A stretch of 63,473 bases of DNA from Chthonomonas calidirosea (lineage in GTDB: Bacteria; Armatimonadota; Fimbriimonadia; Fimbriimonadales; Fimbriimonadaceae), in contig CAMAPH010000013.1 in NCBI GenBank assembly GCA_945859975.1, positions 1 through 63,473 of the forward strand. Reading direction: 5' to 3'. Below the pieces are notes generated by a model. The model was not told where the DNA came from. It saw only the letters and a list, made by a program, of their open reading frames with translations, and did not search any database. Made by a program: the position numbers and the translations under genes. This document shows, one piece after another, positions 18,411 to 27,865 of this stretch; position 1 is the first letter of the stretch; each line of letters starts with the position of its first letter.

Positions 18411-19361
18411 ATGAAGCTGCTCTCGTCCGTTTGTGTTTTGAGCTTGTTCGCAATGAGCGTTGTTGCGCAAGCCCAGAACGAACCCGCTCCCGATGCGGCT
18501 ACCGCATATCGATTTCGAGCGGAGGACGTCCTGCGCGTTCAAGTGTACGGCCAAGCGCAGTTATCGGCCGAGATGCCGGTTGGCGATGACGGCACGATTA
18601 CGCCGCCATTCGTAGGTTCCATCATGGCGGCCGGAAGATCCGTCAAAGAGCTCACGGACGATCTTGTGAAGCTCTATCAAGACAAGGTCCGACTCCGAGA
18701 ACCTTTGGTCAGCATTTCCATCATCAAGTACCGCGAGAATCGGGCAACCATTGGTGGTTTCGTCGGCCGGCCAGGCAACTATCAGATTCGCAAGGGGGAT
18801 CGCATCCTGAACTTGCTCAGCGTCGGCGGCGGCCCGATTGCCGACCGGTCTGACCTCAAGCGCGCGACCCTACAGCGACAGGGAAGTCGCGAGCTCATCC
18901 CGATCGATCTTCACGCGATGCTGTATCGCAACGATACGTCGCAGAATTACGAACTGAAAGACGGAGATCAGCTCAGCATTCCCGAAGGACTGAACCTGTT
19001 CATCAAGGTCCAAGGAAAGGTCCAGGCACCGGGCTTGTACCCGTACAAAGAGCCGATGACCTTGGCCGATGCCATCTCTCAGGCGAGAGGTGAGGTCGTT
19101 GGGCGATCTCGGTTAAGCAAAACGCTGGTGATACGCCAAAAGCCTGGACAGCCAGGACAGTACACGTACATCAATGCCGACTACGTGAAGTTCATTCGCA
19201 AAGGCGATATCACGCAGAACATTGAATTGCAGCCAGGAGATCTGATTTACGTGCCGGAAACCAACACGCCGGACTTCCAGCAGATCACGAGTTTAGCCAA
19301 CGTCTTCTTCATCCTGGACCGCGTTGGTAGCGGCTTGTTCGGACTTCAGTTCTTCCGCTAA
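18411..19361 (+). CDS. Polysaccharide export (Wza-like Poly_export plus SLBB domains) protein
   Basis: YR....DVLRVQVYG...LS....V..DGTI..PFVG; G.V..PG.Y repeats; LQPGDLIYVPE. Confidence 0.85.
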   Translation: MKLLSSVCVLSLFAMSVVAQAQNEPAPDAATAYRFRAEDVLRVQVYGQAQLSAEMPVGDDGTITPPFVGSIMAAGRSVKELTDDLVKLYQDKVRLREPLVSISIIKYRENRATIGGFVGRPGNYQIRKGDRILNLLSVGGGPIADRSDLKRATLQRQGSRELIPIDLHAMLYRNDTSQNYELKDGDQLSIPEGLNLFIKVQGKVQAPGLYPYKEPMTLADAISQARGEVVGRSRLSKTLVIRQKPGQPGQYTYINADYVKFIRKGDITQNIELQPGDLIYVPETNTPDFQQITSLANVFFILDRVGSGLFGLQFFR

Positions 19362-19369
19362 GCCGGGTC

Positions 19370-19852
19370 ATGAGAATTCTTGGCATCGACCCGGGGCTAG
19401 AGCGGGTCGGTTGGGCGGTCCTGGATCGACAAGGTTCGCGGATGTTGCCGGTGGAATACGGGCTCATCCTAACACCCCGTATCGCGACTCCGCTTCGGCT
19501 CCATCAGATCTATTCCGAAGTAACGGCGATCGTGGCGAAGCATTCGCCGGCGGTCTTGGTCACGGAGCGCCTCCTGTTTACGGTTAACAAAACGACGGCG
19601 ATGGACGTCGCCAAAGCGATCGGCGTGGTTCAGCTTGCCGCCGTGATGGCCGAGCTGGAATTCATGGAGTACAGCCCGCCCGAAATTAAGCAAAGCGTGG
19701 TCGGCGTCGGGAACGCGGATAAGAAACAGGTTCAGTTCATGGTGACGAAGCTGCTGAGTTTGAAGGAAACGCCAAAGCCGGACGACGTGGCCGATGCTCT
19801 GGCGATCGCGATCACCCATGCGTTGCGAAGCCGCGTGAGTGGGCTTCGGTAG
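19370..19852 (+). CDS. ruvC: Holliday junction resolvase RuvC
   Basis: ILGIDPG, EY.P.EIK..V.G.GNADK.QV..MV..LL, PDDVADALAIAITH. Confidence 0.96.
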   Translation: MRILGIDPGLERVGWAVLDRQGSRMLPVEYGLILTPRIATPLRLHQIYSEVTAIVAKHSPAVLVTERLLFTVNKTTAMDVAKAIGVVQLAAVMAELEFMEYSPPEIKQSVVGVGNADKKQVQFMVTKLLSLKETPKPDDVADALAIAITHALRSRVSGLR

Positions 19853-19989
19853 ATTCATTTTCGTCAGTTTAGATATCCTCGGATTACTGAGCCAAACGGC
19901 TTTTGGAGGACGGGTTGAGAAAAAGGAAGAATCTGCGAATAACACTCAAAGCTGACGCTAGAAAAAGTGCTCGAGTGATTGGCGTCGGG

Positions 19990-20163
19990 CGGAACACCAC
20001 CACTTTGCACACCGTTTACCGGCTCGCTTCACGCTTTGTTGAGGCTGGGATCTTCAACAAGCAAACGATGCGAGAGTACGACACCCTTTGCCTCAAAGCT
20101 CAAAACGACCCGGTTCGCAAAACCGATATCTTTACTGACTTCACTCGTTCGCCCAATCGTTGA
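19990..20163 (+). pseudogene. Probable truncated XRE/HigA-type antitoxin fragment
   Basis: LHTVYRLASRFVEAGIFNKQTMREYDTLCL resembles the N-terminus of HigA2/YiaG-like antitoxins (..G.I.K.TMR.FD.LCL); no HTH follows. Confidence 0.4.
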
Positions 20164-21760
20164 TCAACCACCAATTCGCCTGATCGTGCGGGATGAACTT
20201 GGGGTGGGTGATGGTTTCGAACGACGGTAGGTAGCCAAGCGAGCCGTCGCCATAAGTCTTCACCCGTCGAATCACCTTCTCAACGTGCTCGCGGGCCGCG
20301 ATGCAGCGCTCGACATCCGCAAGCGATCCACCGATTCGAGCATTGGTTCCCTTCGCGATCCTCTCCAGACCTTCAAACACTTGTCGGCAAACGGTAAGCG
20401 CGGTGATGGCTTTGCCAACCTCACCCTCGGCATAAAACTGGTTCGCCTCCTCCGCGTACCGAACGAACTCGATTGCGAGCTTGCCGAACTCGGTCACGCC
20501 GCGATAAGCCGCATCTGGCGCGAATACGACCGCCGTGTCGAGGATCTGATACGCGCGCTTTCCGGCCTCGCCGAGAATGACCTCTCGGTCTCGGAGCCAG
20601 AGTAGAAACGGATTGCTGTACATCAGCAAGCGGCTCTTGATTTGGCTGCGATGGCCGCTATAGGCGAAGAACTCACCGGCAGATTGCAGTTCACACCCAA
20701 CCAAGCGCGCCCATTCCTCGGTGTTCTCGCCGAGCTCCATGTACGCCTTCAGGAACTGCGGAGCGGAAGTGGCTTTCTGATATTCCAGAATTGCCTCGTG
20801 TCCGCCGAGCCCGGCCGGGTATTCGGCTGGTTTGGTCGTGGAATCTCCGGCGGTGGTTTCCGAGAGGATTCGACCCGAAGCCTTAATCGCCGGAAGAATC
20901 GTTTCGTAGTTACCAAACAGTCCGCACTCCCAGGTTGTGAGGCAGACGCCGTAGTCGCCTCGGCGGACGGCGGCTTCTGCGCATTCGGTAACGTTGCGCT
21001 CGCTTTGCGGTAGGTGGCACCAGATGGCGCTGTAGGTTTGAATGGCCGGACACAATACGGTCTTGAAACCAGCGTCGCGGAAGCGATCGGCGGTGTGCTC
21101 TGCTGTCCGGAAGTACTGCCAGTCAAAGATCACCGTCTCCTTTGGCATCGCATCAAGCGCGAGTGGGTGGTCATAGTACATGTCTCCCCATACGGCCGGC
21201 GTTCGGCCCGCCTTAAGCACCTTTTCGGCCAGTGGACCGAAGTGGGCTCCGTACAGGGCTGCCTTGCCGTCGGCATGGCCGTCGGATTCATATTGCCGAA
21301 CACGGGCTTCGCTTGAGGCGCCTTTGCCGAGTTGGAATGTCTCGTCGCCGCCAAGATGAATCAGGTCGGACTTGAAGATTGAAATAGCATCATCGACGAT
21401 TCGGTGGCAGAGTTCAACGAAGGCGTCGTTGGTCGGGTCGGCTTGCATCCCCTTGAATCGCTCGCAAGCAAATTTGACTCCAGGTTCGGAGTAGATCATT
21501 CCTTCGCAGTGGCCGAGCAGGTTCAAGAACGGGACGATCTGTAGGTCGGGATACCGCTCCTGCAGCCAGGCAACATCGTCTGGCGTGACCGCGCCTTTGC
21601 CGGCGATCCAGGGCATGCTTGGGTACGCAAAGCGGTGCTCTAAATACAGCCCAAGCGCGTTGTAACCTGCAGACATCGACAGGTCCGCCATTCGGTCCAG
21701 AGTTTCTCGGTCGGGGCTCTGCTCGCGGGCGATGTCGTACATCCACATTCGAAGTTGCAT
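20141..21760 (-). CDS. Family 20 glycoside hydrolase-like (beta-N-acetylhexosaminidase-like) protein
   Basis: Start at ATG 21760 (MQLRMWMYDIAR); GYNAL.LYLE..F.YPS.P, VP..N.LGH, HLGGDE catalytic motif, WGDM, DWQY. Confidence 0.85.
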   Translation of the reverse strand: MQLRMWMYDIAREQSPDRETLDRMADLSMSAGYNALGLYLEHRFAYPSMPWIAGKGAVTPDDVAWLQERYPDLQIVPFLNLLGHCEGMIYSEPGVKFACERFKGMQADPTNDAFVELCHRIVDDAISIFKSDLIHLGGDETFQLGKGASSEARVRQYESDGHADGKAALYGAHFGPLAEKVLKAGRTPAVWGDMYYDHPLALDAMPKETVIFDWQYFRTAEHTADRFRDAGFKTVLCPAIQTYSAIWCHLPQSERNVTECAEAAVRRGDYGVCLTTWECGLFGNYETILPAIKASGRILSETTAGDSTTKPAEYPAGLGGHEAILEYQKATSAPQFLKAYMELGENTEEWARLVGCELQSAGEFFAYSGHRSQIKSRLLMYSNPFLLWLRDREVILGEAGKRAYQILDTAVVFAPDAAYRGVTEFGKLAIEFVRYAEEANQFYAEGEVGKAITALTVCRQVFEGLERIAKGTNARIGGSLADVERCIAAREHVEKVIRRVKTYGDGSLGYLPSFETITHPKFIPHDQANWWLINDWANE

Positions 21761-21835
21761 GATCGCGAGTGTACAGCGATTGGCCGCACGGCAAACCAGC
21801 CGGATCGAGTTCACTTTTTTCGCAAGTGTGATACG

Positions 21836-22819
21836 ATGCGACCAGTGGCCGTTTCTCCGTTTGCAAAGAAGAACGAGTATCGATTGCTCCGAAATCACCA
21901 GAAGGTCCAGTTTCAGCAACTGTTGATCGAAGCGCGGACGTATGCCGACCTTCAAAGTGGAACAGACCTCCAGTTCTTGGATGAACTTGGCAAGAAGCTT
22001 CCAACTGAGCTCACCCTTGAAGAGCTGTTCCAGATTGAATTGTTCCTCAATCAGCACCGGCCAATCGAAGTTCTCCTTGGGCTACGTTCTGGGTTAGAAC
22101 AAGAGTTTGCCGCGGTCGGTGGCAAGAATTCGCCTTTGTCCGGCTTGCGGGAAGAGGCCGACGAGGAGCAGGTTCGGGCCAGATTTATTGCCCACCATCT
22201 GATCTTTAGCCGTCTGCGTGCGGCACATCATGTTTCGCAGGCAAGCCGCAGAAAGACTTTGAGGATCGGCATTTGCGCGACGGTCATTGTTGTGGCGATT
22301 GCGTGCGTGATTCTTACGCTGTTCTCTTCGGGAAGGGATATCTATCTACCGTCGTTCGGAATGTCCATGCTCATGGGTTTGCTGGGCGGGCTCGTATCGA
22401 CGATCGCTCCGTTGCTGGGTGGTCAGATTTCGGTGACGGCAGAGGACGATCAGGAGACGAATAGTGCGTTGCGAGCAACCGTCTTCTTCGGGCCCGTGTT
22501 GGGCTGCTGTTTTGCGGCGATTTTGTACTTGATCTTTGCCTCGAACATCGTGACGCTCGACCTGTTTCCGAAAATTTTGACGCCGGATGCCAAAGAGTTT
22601 GACAAGCTATCGGCAAAGTTCATGCTCCCCATTGGCAAAGCGGCGCAGGTGAACAATCAGGAGCTCTCGATTGCACGTATGCGGCTGTTCCTAGGCAAGG
22701 TCTATCCAGCTTCTGGCCAGGACTTCTGCAAACTCATGTTCTGGTCCTTTATCGCTGGGTACGCCAATCGCCTGGTTCCAGACATGCTGACGAAGATTTC
22801 CCAGGGCCCGCGAAAGTGA
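21836..22819 (+). CDS. Hypothetical multi-pass membrane protein
   Basis: Four hydrophobic segments; GLLGGLVS, GPVLG, FIAGYANRLVPDML; start uncertain. Confidence 0.65.
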   Translation: MRPVAVSPFAKKNEYRLLRNHQKVQFQQLLIEARTYADLQSGTDLQFLDELGKKLPTELTLEELFQIELFLNQHRPIEVLLGLRSGLEQEFAAVGGKNSPLSGLREEADEEQVRARFIAHHLIFSRLRAAHHVSQASRRKTLRIGICATVIVVAIACVILTLFSSGRDIYLPSFGMSMLMGLLGGLVSTIAPLLGGQISVTAEDDQETNSALRATVFFGPVLGCCFAAILYLIFASNIVTLDLFPKILTPDAKEFDKLSAKFMLPIGKAAQVNNQELSIARMRLFLGKVYPASGQDFCKLMFWSFIAGYANRLVPDMLTKISQGPRK

Positions 22820-22824
22820 CCTGA

Positions 22825-23931
22825 TCAGACGAGCGCGAGCGCTACTTCGGAACAGAAGTGTCGGCCCGCGCTGGTCAGGCGGACGCGACCCTCGGTCGTC
22901 TCCGTCCAGCCGCGATGGGTCGTGCGTTGAAGGTCGGCTGGGTTGGTCCACTCGGTTGGAATCCCTTCGCGCAGCCGCAGGCCCAGCATGATTCGCTCCA
23001 GGCGCTCCGACTCAGGCGAGAGAACTTCGGACTCGAAGAAGATCGGTTTGCCTTCATCAACCGCGGCCACATAGCGATCTGGAAGTTTTAGATTCGTGTA
23101 TCGCATCATGCCTTCGGCCGTCGGCAGGCAGCCGACCGCCCCCGGGCCGTAGCCGGCGTAGGGATTGCCGTACCAGTACTCAAGGTTATGCTTGCACTCT
23201 AGTCCCGGTTTGGAGAAGTTGCTGATCTCGTAGTTCTCAAATCCCTCGGCGGTGCAGCGCGCGTGGCAGTCTTCGTACATTTCGACTTGCATTTCGTCAT
23301 CGGGCTGGGTGATCTCTCCCCGAAGATGCTTTTTGTAGAAGGCGGTGTTCGGTTCGATAGTGAGGCAATACAGGCTCAAGTGCTCTGGTTTGAGCGCCAT
23401 CGCTCGGTCGAGGTTGCGGTTCCAGGCGTGGCGGCTTTGGTTTGGAAGGGCGAACATCAGGTCGAGGTTGATGTTGTCGAACCCGGCTTCGCGTGCGGCG
23501 GCGACGGCGCGCTCGATGTCGCCGCTTTGGTGGACTCGATCCAGTCGCTTAAGGTCGCCGTCGTCAAAACTCTGGGCACCGAGACTGATGCGGTTGAATC
23601 CAGCCTGCCGCATGGCGCGGAATTTGCTGGCGTCGACCGTGCCGGGGTTCGCCTCGCTGGTGATTTCGGCTCCTTCAATCGGAGGATGGGCCTCGAGGAC
23701 GGCTTCGAAAACGGTCAGGAGGTCTCGTTCAGAGAGATACGTCGGCGTCCCTCCGCCAAAGAAAATGGTTTTCGCTGGAACGCCAAACACTGGTGACCGA
23801 CGGATTTCCTCCGCGATGGCTTTTGCGGTCAGGGTCTGGATGTCGCCGGTCTCGGCATACGAGTTGAAGTCGCAATACCCGCACTTGCTAGGGCAGAACG
23901 GGATGTGAACGTAGACGGCGATGCTGTCCAA
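22825..23931 (-). CDS. hemW: Radical SAM heme chaperone HemW (HemN-like)
   Basis: YVHIPFCPSKCGYCDFNS, FGGGTP, EANP, RISLGAQSF, YEISNF, HNL.YW. Confidence 0.93.
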   Translation of the reverse strand: MDSIAVYVHIPFCPSKCGYCDFNSYAETGDIQTLTAKAIAEEIRRSPVFGVPAKTIFFGGGTPTYLSERDLLTVFEAVLEAHPPIEGAEITSEANPGTVDASKFRAMRQAGFNRISLGAQSFDDGDLKRLDRVHQSGDIERAVAAAREAGFDNINLDLMFALPNQSRHAWNRNLDRAMALKPEHLSLYCLTIEPNTAFYKKHLRGEITQPDDEMQVEMYEDCHARCTAEGFENYEISNFSKPGLECKHNLEYWYGNPYAGYGPGAVGCLPTAEGMMRYTNLKLPDRYVAAVDEGKPIFFESEVLSPESERLERIMLGLRLREGIPTEWTNPADLQRTTHRGWTETTEGRVRLTSAGRHFCSEVALALV

Positions 23932-23957
23932 GGTCTTAGTTTACTGGCGAACCTGAT

Positions 23958-24698
23958 TCACTGCGACAAGCCACCTATGGCGTGGGCGGATTGGGACTCG
24001 GGTTGGCTGCAGGCCTCGATTGCCTTAGCGAGCGCAGCATGAAGGCGGTCGCCGGACTGCATTGTGCCTAAACGTGTTTGGAGAGCGGCTAGATGCGGCA
24101 GTAATTCCTCGTTTGCAGATACTTTTGCGATGGCCAACAATGTCGTGAGGCGCTCGGGGAGAGTCTCGGTGGCAAGAAGTTCGGTCAAGTACGTGATCGA
24201 ATCCTGTGTTATGTCACGGCTGTGGTGCGGATACAGGTGCTTGATAAGGTAGTTGAGGGAGTTCCAAACGCCGGCCACTTTGTCTTCCTCAAGTGCAGAA
24301 AGGTCTGCGACGGCTTGGGCCTTCTTAAGAAGGCGGGGTAAGTCAGAAACTTTGCTCGTGAGCACCGTGGCACTTGGTCGAAAATTGACTTCCAACGTGG
24401 AACTAATGAAGTCGGCAATCGTGACGAGCACGAGTAGTGTTGCCGTAAACTCGAGGGTATGCCCAAAGTGGCCAGTGACAATGCGCTCAGTGATGGTTAC
24501 GACAAAGTAAATTCCGCCGAGGACCAGATAAATAGTACGACTGGCTTGGCGCACCTTCGCGGTTACGACTTTCCGCTTTTCCTCCTTCACAGGATCAAAG
24601 TCGGTGACGATGCTAGCCGCGGGATGAACTAGTTCGTCGCTCATAGACTCCGTTTCACGTGAGTCTTCAGGCACATGTAGTTTGGACTTACTGTTCAA
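23958..24698 (-). CDS. Hypothetical two-TM protein with helical C-terminal domain (paralog A)
   Basis: Two TM segments; C-terminal TSK.S.LPRLLKKA...GVW..L.YL shared with neighbour; start may be 24644. Confidence 0.65.
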   Translation of the reverse strand: MNSKSKLHVPEDSRETESMSDELVHPAASIVTDFDPVKEEKRKVVTAKVRQASRTIYLVLGGIYFVVTITERIVTGHFGHTLEFTATLLVLVTIADFISSTLEVNFRPSATVLTSKVSDLPRLLKKAQAVADLSALEEDKVAGVWNSLNYLIKHLYPHHSRDITQDSITYLTELLATETLPERLTTLLAIAKVSANEELLPHLAALQTRLGTMQSGDRLHAALAKAIEACSQPESQSAHAIGGLSQ

Positions 24699-24774
24699 CT
24701 TGGGTCACCGATGCATCGAAGCTGACGGTAGTTTATCGCAGGCAACCGGCATCTACCAACACTTTTCGCCGCAA

Positions 24775-25449
24775 TTAGGCGGACTTTGCGCAGGCGGAGA
24801 TGGCTTCGCGAAGGACTACTCGGAGGTTGTCTCGAACGTCCAAGTCCTTAGTTCGATCCTTTAGATCTCGAAGGAGCGGAAGCAACTCGGGGTCGGCGGC
24901 GATGGCGCAGATGCGGACGATGGTTTCGAGGCGGTCTCGGCGGGTCTCGGAGGCGAGGAAGCCTTTGAGATCGCCGATCGTATCTTCGGTGAAGACGGCT
25001 TTGTGCGCCGGATCAAGCTTTTTGGAAAGGTAGCTGAGGGCTCTCCAAACGCCAATATTGGCTTCTTCGTCTTCGGCCGACAGGTGCATTACCTGTACCG
25101 CTTTCTTCAGCAAGCGGGGAAGCTCAGACGCCTTTGATGTGAATGGTTCTGGAGTGAGCTCTTCTTCATCATTTTTGGGCATGAAGTAGAAGGCGACAGC
25201 GATCACGAACGAAAGTGCAATTCTGCTTAAGAACTTTTCTGGATTAAATCGTCTTCCTCCACCGAAGTCTGCGAGTGCCCCGCCTGCGGGCATGATAAGA
25301 ACCGCGCCTACGAAGGTTAGCAACTCTTTCCGCGAGGTCTGTCCGAAGAACCCGCGCTCTTCGTTTTCGACTGGCGCATCTTCGACCTCCGTAACGGAAG
25401 CCTCCACGCCCGCAGCAAGCTCGTTTTGTTCCTCCGAATGCTGAGTCAA
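24775..25449 (-). CDS. Hypothetical two-TM protein with helical C-terminal domain (paralog B)
   Basis: GGAGG RBS before TTG; same C-terminal motif as 23958-24698. Confidence 0.7.
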   Translation of the reverse strand: MTQHSEEQNELAAGVEASVTEVEDAPVENEERGFFGQTSRKELLTFVGAVLIMPAGGALADFGGGRRFNPEKFLSRIALSFVIAVAFYFMPKNDEEELTPEPFTSKASELPRLLKKAVQVMHLSAEDEEANIGVWRALSYLSKKLDPAHKAVFTEDTIGDLKGFLASETRRDRLETIVRICAIAADPELLPLLRDLKDRTKDLDVRDNLRVVLREAISACAKSA

Positions 25450-25513
25450 TTTTCCTCCACTTGCTCCGGGCTTATCTTAACTCGCGATGCGCCGAGAAAG
25501 AAAGCGCAGGTCC

Positions 25514-26491
25514 CTAAATTCCCGCACTAACATCGGCTCGCCATTCACCGTCCAGCCTGGCGTGAAGGTCGGGAGACGTTGGAATTCCGGACACGGCGTC
25601 GGCGGACTCGCAGCAGAAGGCGCCTACGGCGCAGCCTAGGCGGACGGAATCCGCTGGGTTGTTGCCGTGGAAGCGGCCGTAGAGGTAGCCCGCGATGGTG
25701 GCGTCTCCAGCGCCGGTTGCTCCGGTTACGGTTACCGGGAAGCAGTGGTGCCAGGATGTGCCGGTTTCGTCCGAGAGCAGAACGCCTTCTTCACCGCATT
25801 TCAGCACGACTCGAGATGCGCCTAGCTGGTGGGCTTTCGCGGCGGACTCGGACGGGCTGACCGTGCCGAACATCGCGCGGAGGTCGTCGTGGCTGGGCAT
25901 GAAGTCGTCGACGTAGGGCAGGACCGAGCTGAGGATGCGCGACCAATCGACTTGGCCGGCGAAGGAGTTCGGGTCGGGGACGCTGAGGTCGAGCGAGGTG
26001 GTTAGGCCGGCGGATTTTGCGCGGCGGAAGAGGTCGGTGAGTTCGGCGCCGTCGTGCTCGATCATGGTTTTCATGAGCGGCGGGTAGCCGAAGTGGAGGT
26101 GGCTGGCTTGGCTCAGGGCATCGTTGGGGACGGTTTGGGAGGCGAAGGCGGCGTTTGCGCCGGGGTCGTGGAGGAACATTCGGTCTTGTCCCGGCGGGTC
26201 GAGGACGATCGAATACGACGTCGAAACGTCCTCGCGGAGCTGGAAGCCTTCGGCGAGCGGACCGAGGAGGGATTGGACGTTTTGGCCGAAGATGTCCGAA
26301 CCGATGAGGCCGACGAGGGTGACGGGGACGCCGAGGCGGTGGAGAGCGCGGCCGACGTTGCTCACGACTCCGCCCGTGCTGAGGGTGGCTTTTCCGACTT
26401 CGACCAAGCTGCCGGGTTGGAACCCGTCGAACCGTTCGAGCTTCGGAATGATATCGAGGCAGATGTGCCCGGCGACGAGGATGCGGCTCAT
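25514..26491 (-). CDS. PfkB-family carbohydrate kinase
   Basis: Start ATG 26491 (MSRILVAGHICLDI); GG.V.NVG.AL.RLG; TGAGDA. Confidence 0.9.
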   Translation of the reverse strand: MSRILVAGHICLDIIPKLERFDGFQPGSLVEVGKATLSTGGVVSNVGRALHRLGVPVTLVGLIGSDIFGQNVQSLLGPLAEGFQLREDVSTSYSIVLDPPGQDRMFLHDPGANAAFASQTVPNDALSQASHLHFGYPPLMKTMIEHDGAELTDLFRRAKSAGLTTSLDLSVPDPNSFAGQVDWSRILSSVLPYVDDFMPSHDDLRAMFGTVSPSESAAKAHQLGASRVVLKCGEEGVLLSDETGTSWHHCFPVTVTGATGAGDATIAGYLYGRFHGNNPADSVRLGCAVGAFCCESADAVSGIPTSPDLHARLDGEWRADVSAGI

Positions 26492-27612
26492 ACCGGTTCG
26501 GTGGTGCCGTTGGCCTGCGACCGGAGGGCGGCGGTGAAGAGGCGATGGCTCAGCAGGGCCTCGGCCGGGGTGGCGACGCGGAACGGCGGGGTTTCGCCGG
26601 CAAGTTCGGTGAGGTACGCGGCCCACATTTGGAGGATGGCGTCGCTGAAGCCGAACTCGAAGATGTGGCCGGTGATGCTTTTAAAGGCGTGCGGCTGGCC
26701 GAGGCTTTCCTCGCGCCATTCCTGCGGCTGGCCGCTTTCGTAGCGGAGGGTGCGCAGGGTTTTGGGCTGCGCGGTGCTGAACTGGGCCGACATCTTGGTT
26801 CCGTAAATTTCCAGCTTCCAAGAGTTGGTGTCGCCGGGGGAGATGCGCTTGGTTTCTAGGAGCATCGTGGCTCCGGCTTCGGTTTGGCAAAGCAGAGTCG
26901 CGTTGTCCCAGGTTTCGCAGGGGACGGGCTCGCCGTTCGGTCCGGGGCGGGTTTTGACGATGTTCGAGAGCGCGGCGCGCACGTTCGCCGGGTGGAATCC
27001 GAGGCGGAACGGGACGTGGCATACGTGCAGGCCGAGGTCACCCATGCAGCCGTATTCGCCGTTAAAGGCAATCTGCCGCTTCCAGTTGATCGGCTTGTTC
27101 GGGTCGAGGTCGCTGCAATGGTTAAAGGCGGCGCGGATTTCGAAGATCTCGCCAAACTCACCGGCTTCCACGTGGTGGATGATGCGCTGGACGGCGGGAT
27201 AGAACGGGAATTCGGACGAGATTCCGATCTTCACCTGCGGGTGCGCGGCGGAAATCTTCGCGATTTCTTCGGCGGATTCTAGGTCGATTCCGAACGGCTT
27301 TTCCGCGAAAAGGTGCTTTCCAGCTTCGATGACTTGTCGGTAGATGGGTCGGTGCAGGTGGTGCGGCACGGCGACATAGACGGCGTCGATGTCGCGAGTC
27401 AGCAAGGTCGCGAGGTCGTCGGTGGCGAGGGTGACGGTCGGCACGTTCTGCTGGAACCATTCCCGCGCGCCCGGGGCCGGGTCGCAGATGGCGGTTATGA
27501 CGGGCTTCGCCGGGACGCCTTCGAGGTGGAACCACCGCGCCGCCGCGCTGGCAAACTCCTTCCCCATGAGCCCACCCCCAATCACGCCGAACTTGAAAGC
27601 CTGTACCGGCAT
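26488..27612 (-). CDS. Gfo/Idh/MocA-family oxidoreductase
   Basis: GVIGGG.MG, AVPHHLH, GKHLFAEKP, GCMGDLGLH. Confidence 0.92.
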   Translation of the reverse strand: MPVQAFKFGVIGGGLMGKEFASAAARWFHLEGVPAKPVITAICDPAPGAREWFQQNVPTVTLATDDLATLLTRDIDAVYVAVPHHLHRPIYRQVIEAGKHLFAEKPFGIDLESAEEIAKISAAHPQVKIGISSEFPFYPAVQRIIHHVEAGEFGEIFEIRAAFNHCSDLDPNKPINWKRQIAFNGEYGCMGDLGLHVCHVPFRLGFHPANVRAALSNIVKTRPGPNGEPVPCETWDNATLLCQTEAGATMLLETKRISPGDTNSWKLEIYGTKMSAQFSTAQPKTLRTLRYESGQPQEWREESLGQPHAFKSITGHIFEFGFSDAILQMWAAYLTELAGETPPFRVATPAEALLSHRLFTAALRSQANGTTEPV

Positions 27613-27650
27613 TGGGCGAGTATACGTTGGGGGCGCTTTGGATGGCTTTG

Positions 27651-27680
27651 GTTCGGATTAGTTCGGATTGGTTCGGATTT
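27651..27680. repeat. Tandem 10-bp repeat GTTCGGATTN x3
   Basis: gttcggatta gttcggattg gttcggattt. Confidence 0.8.
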
Positions 27681-27786
27681 GTTGGAGAGTTCCGGACAGG
27701 AGCGCTGCGAGACGTGGATCGGTTTCGGTTTCCGCGGGCTGCTCTCGGCTAAGGCGCTATGAACTGTTTTTTCTACCATCTCCCAG

Positions 27787-27816
27787 AAAGCGGTAGCAGA
27801 GCTCCCGCACTCCAAA
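27787..27816. repeat. REP-like short palindromic element
   Basis: AAAGCGGTAGCAGAGCTCCCGCACTCCAAA, imperfect hairpin GCGG.AGC/GCT.CCGC; only one copy in window. Confidence 0.4.
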
Positions 27817-27865
27817 GGGCAGGCATTGTCGTACAGTCAGATAGCCAGAACCAGAAGTCGACGTC

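Noticed and set aside
21761..22057. 99-aa N-terminal extension of the GH20 ORF
   Set aside because: Overlaps the opposite-strand membrane protein; ATG 21760 has a -10 box just upstream
27651..27680. Possible CRISPR array
   Set aside because: 10-bp units without spacers and no cas genes
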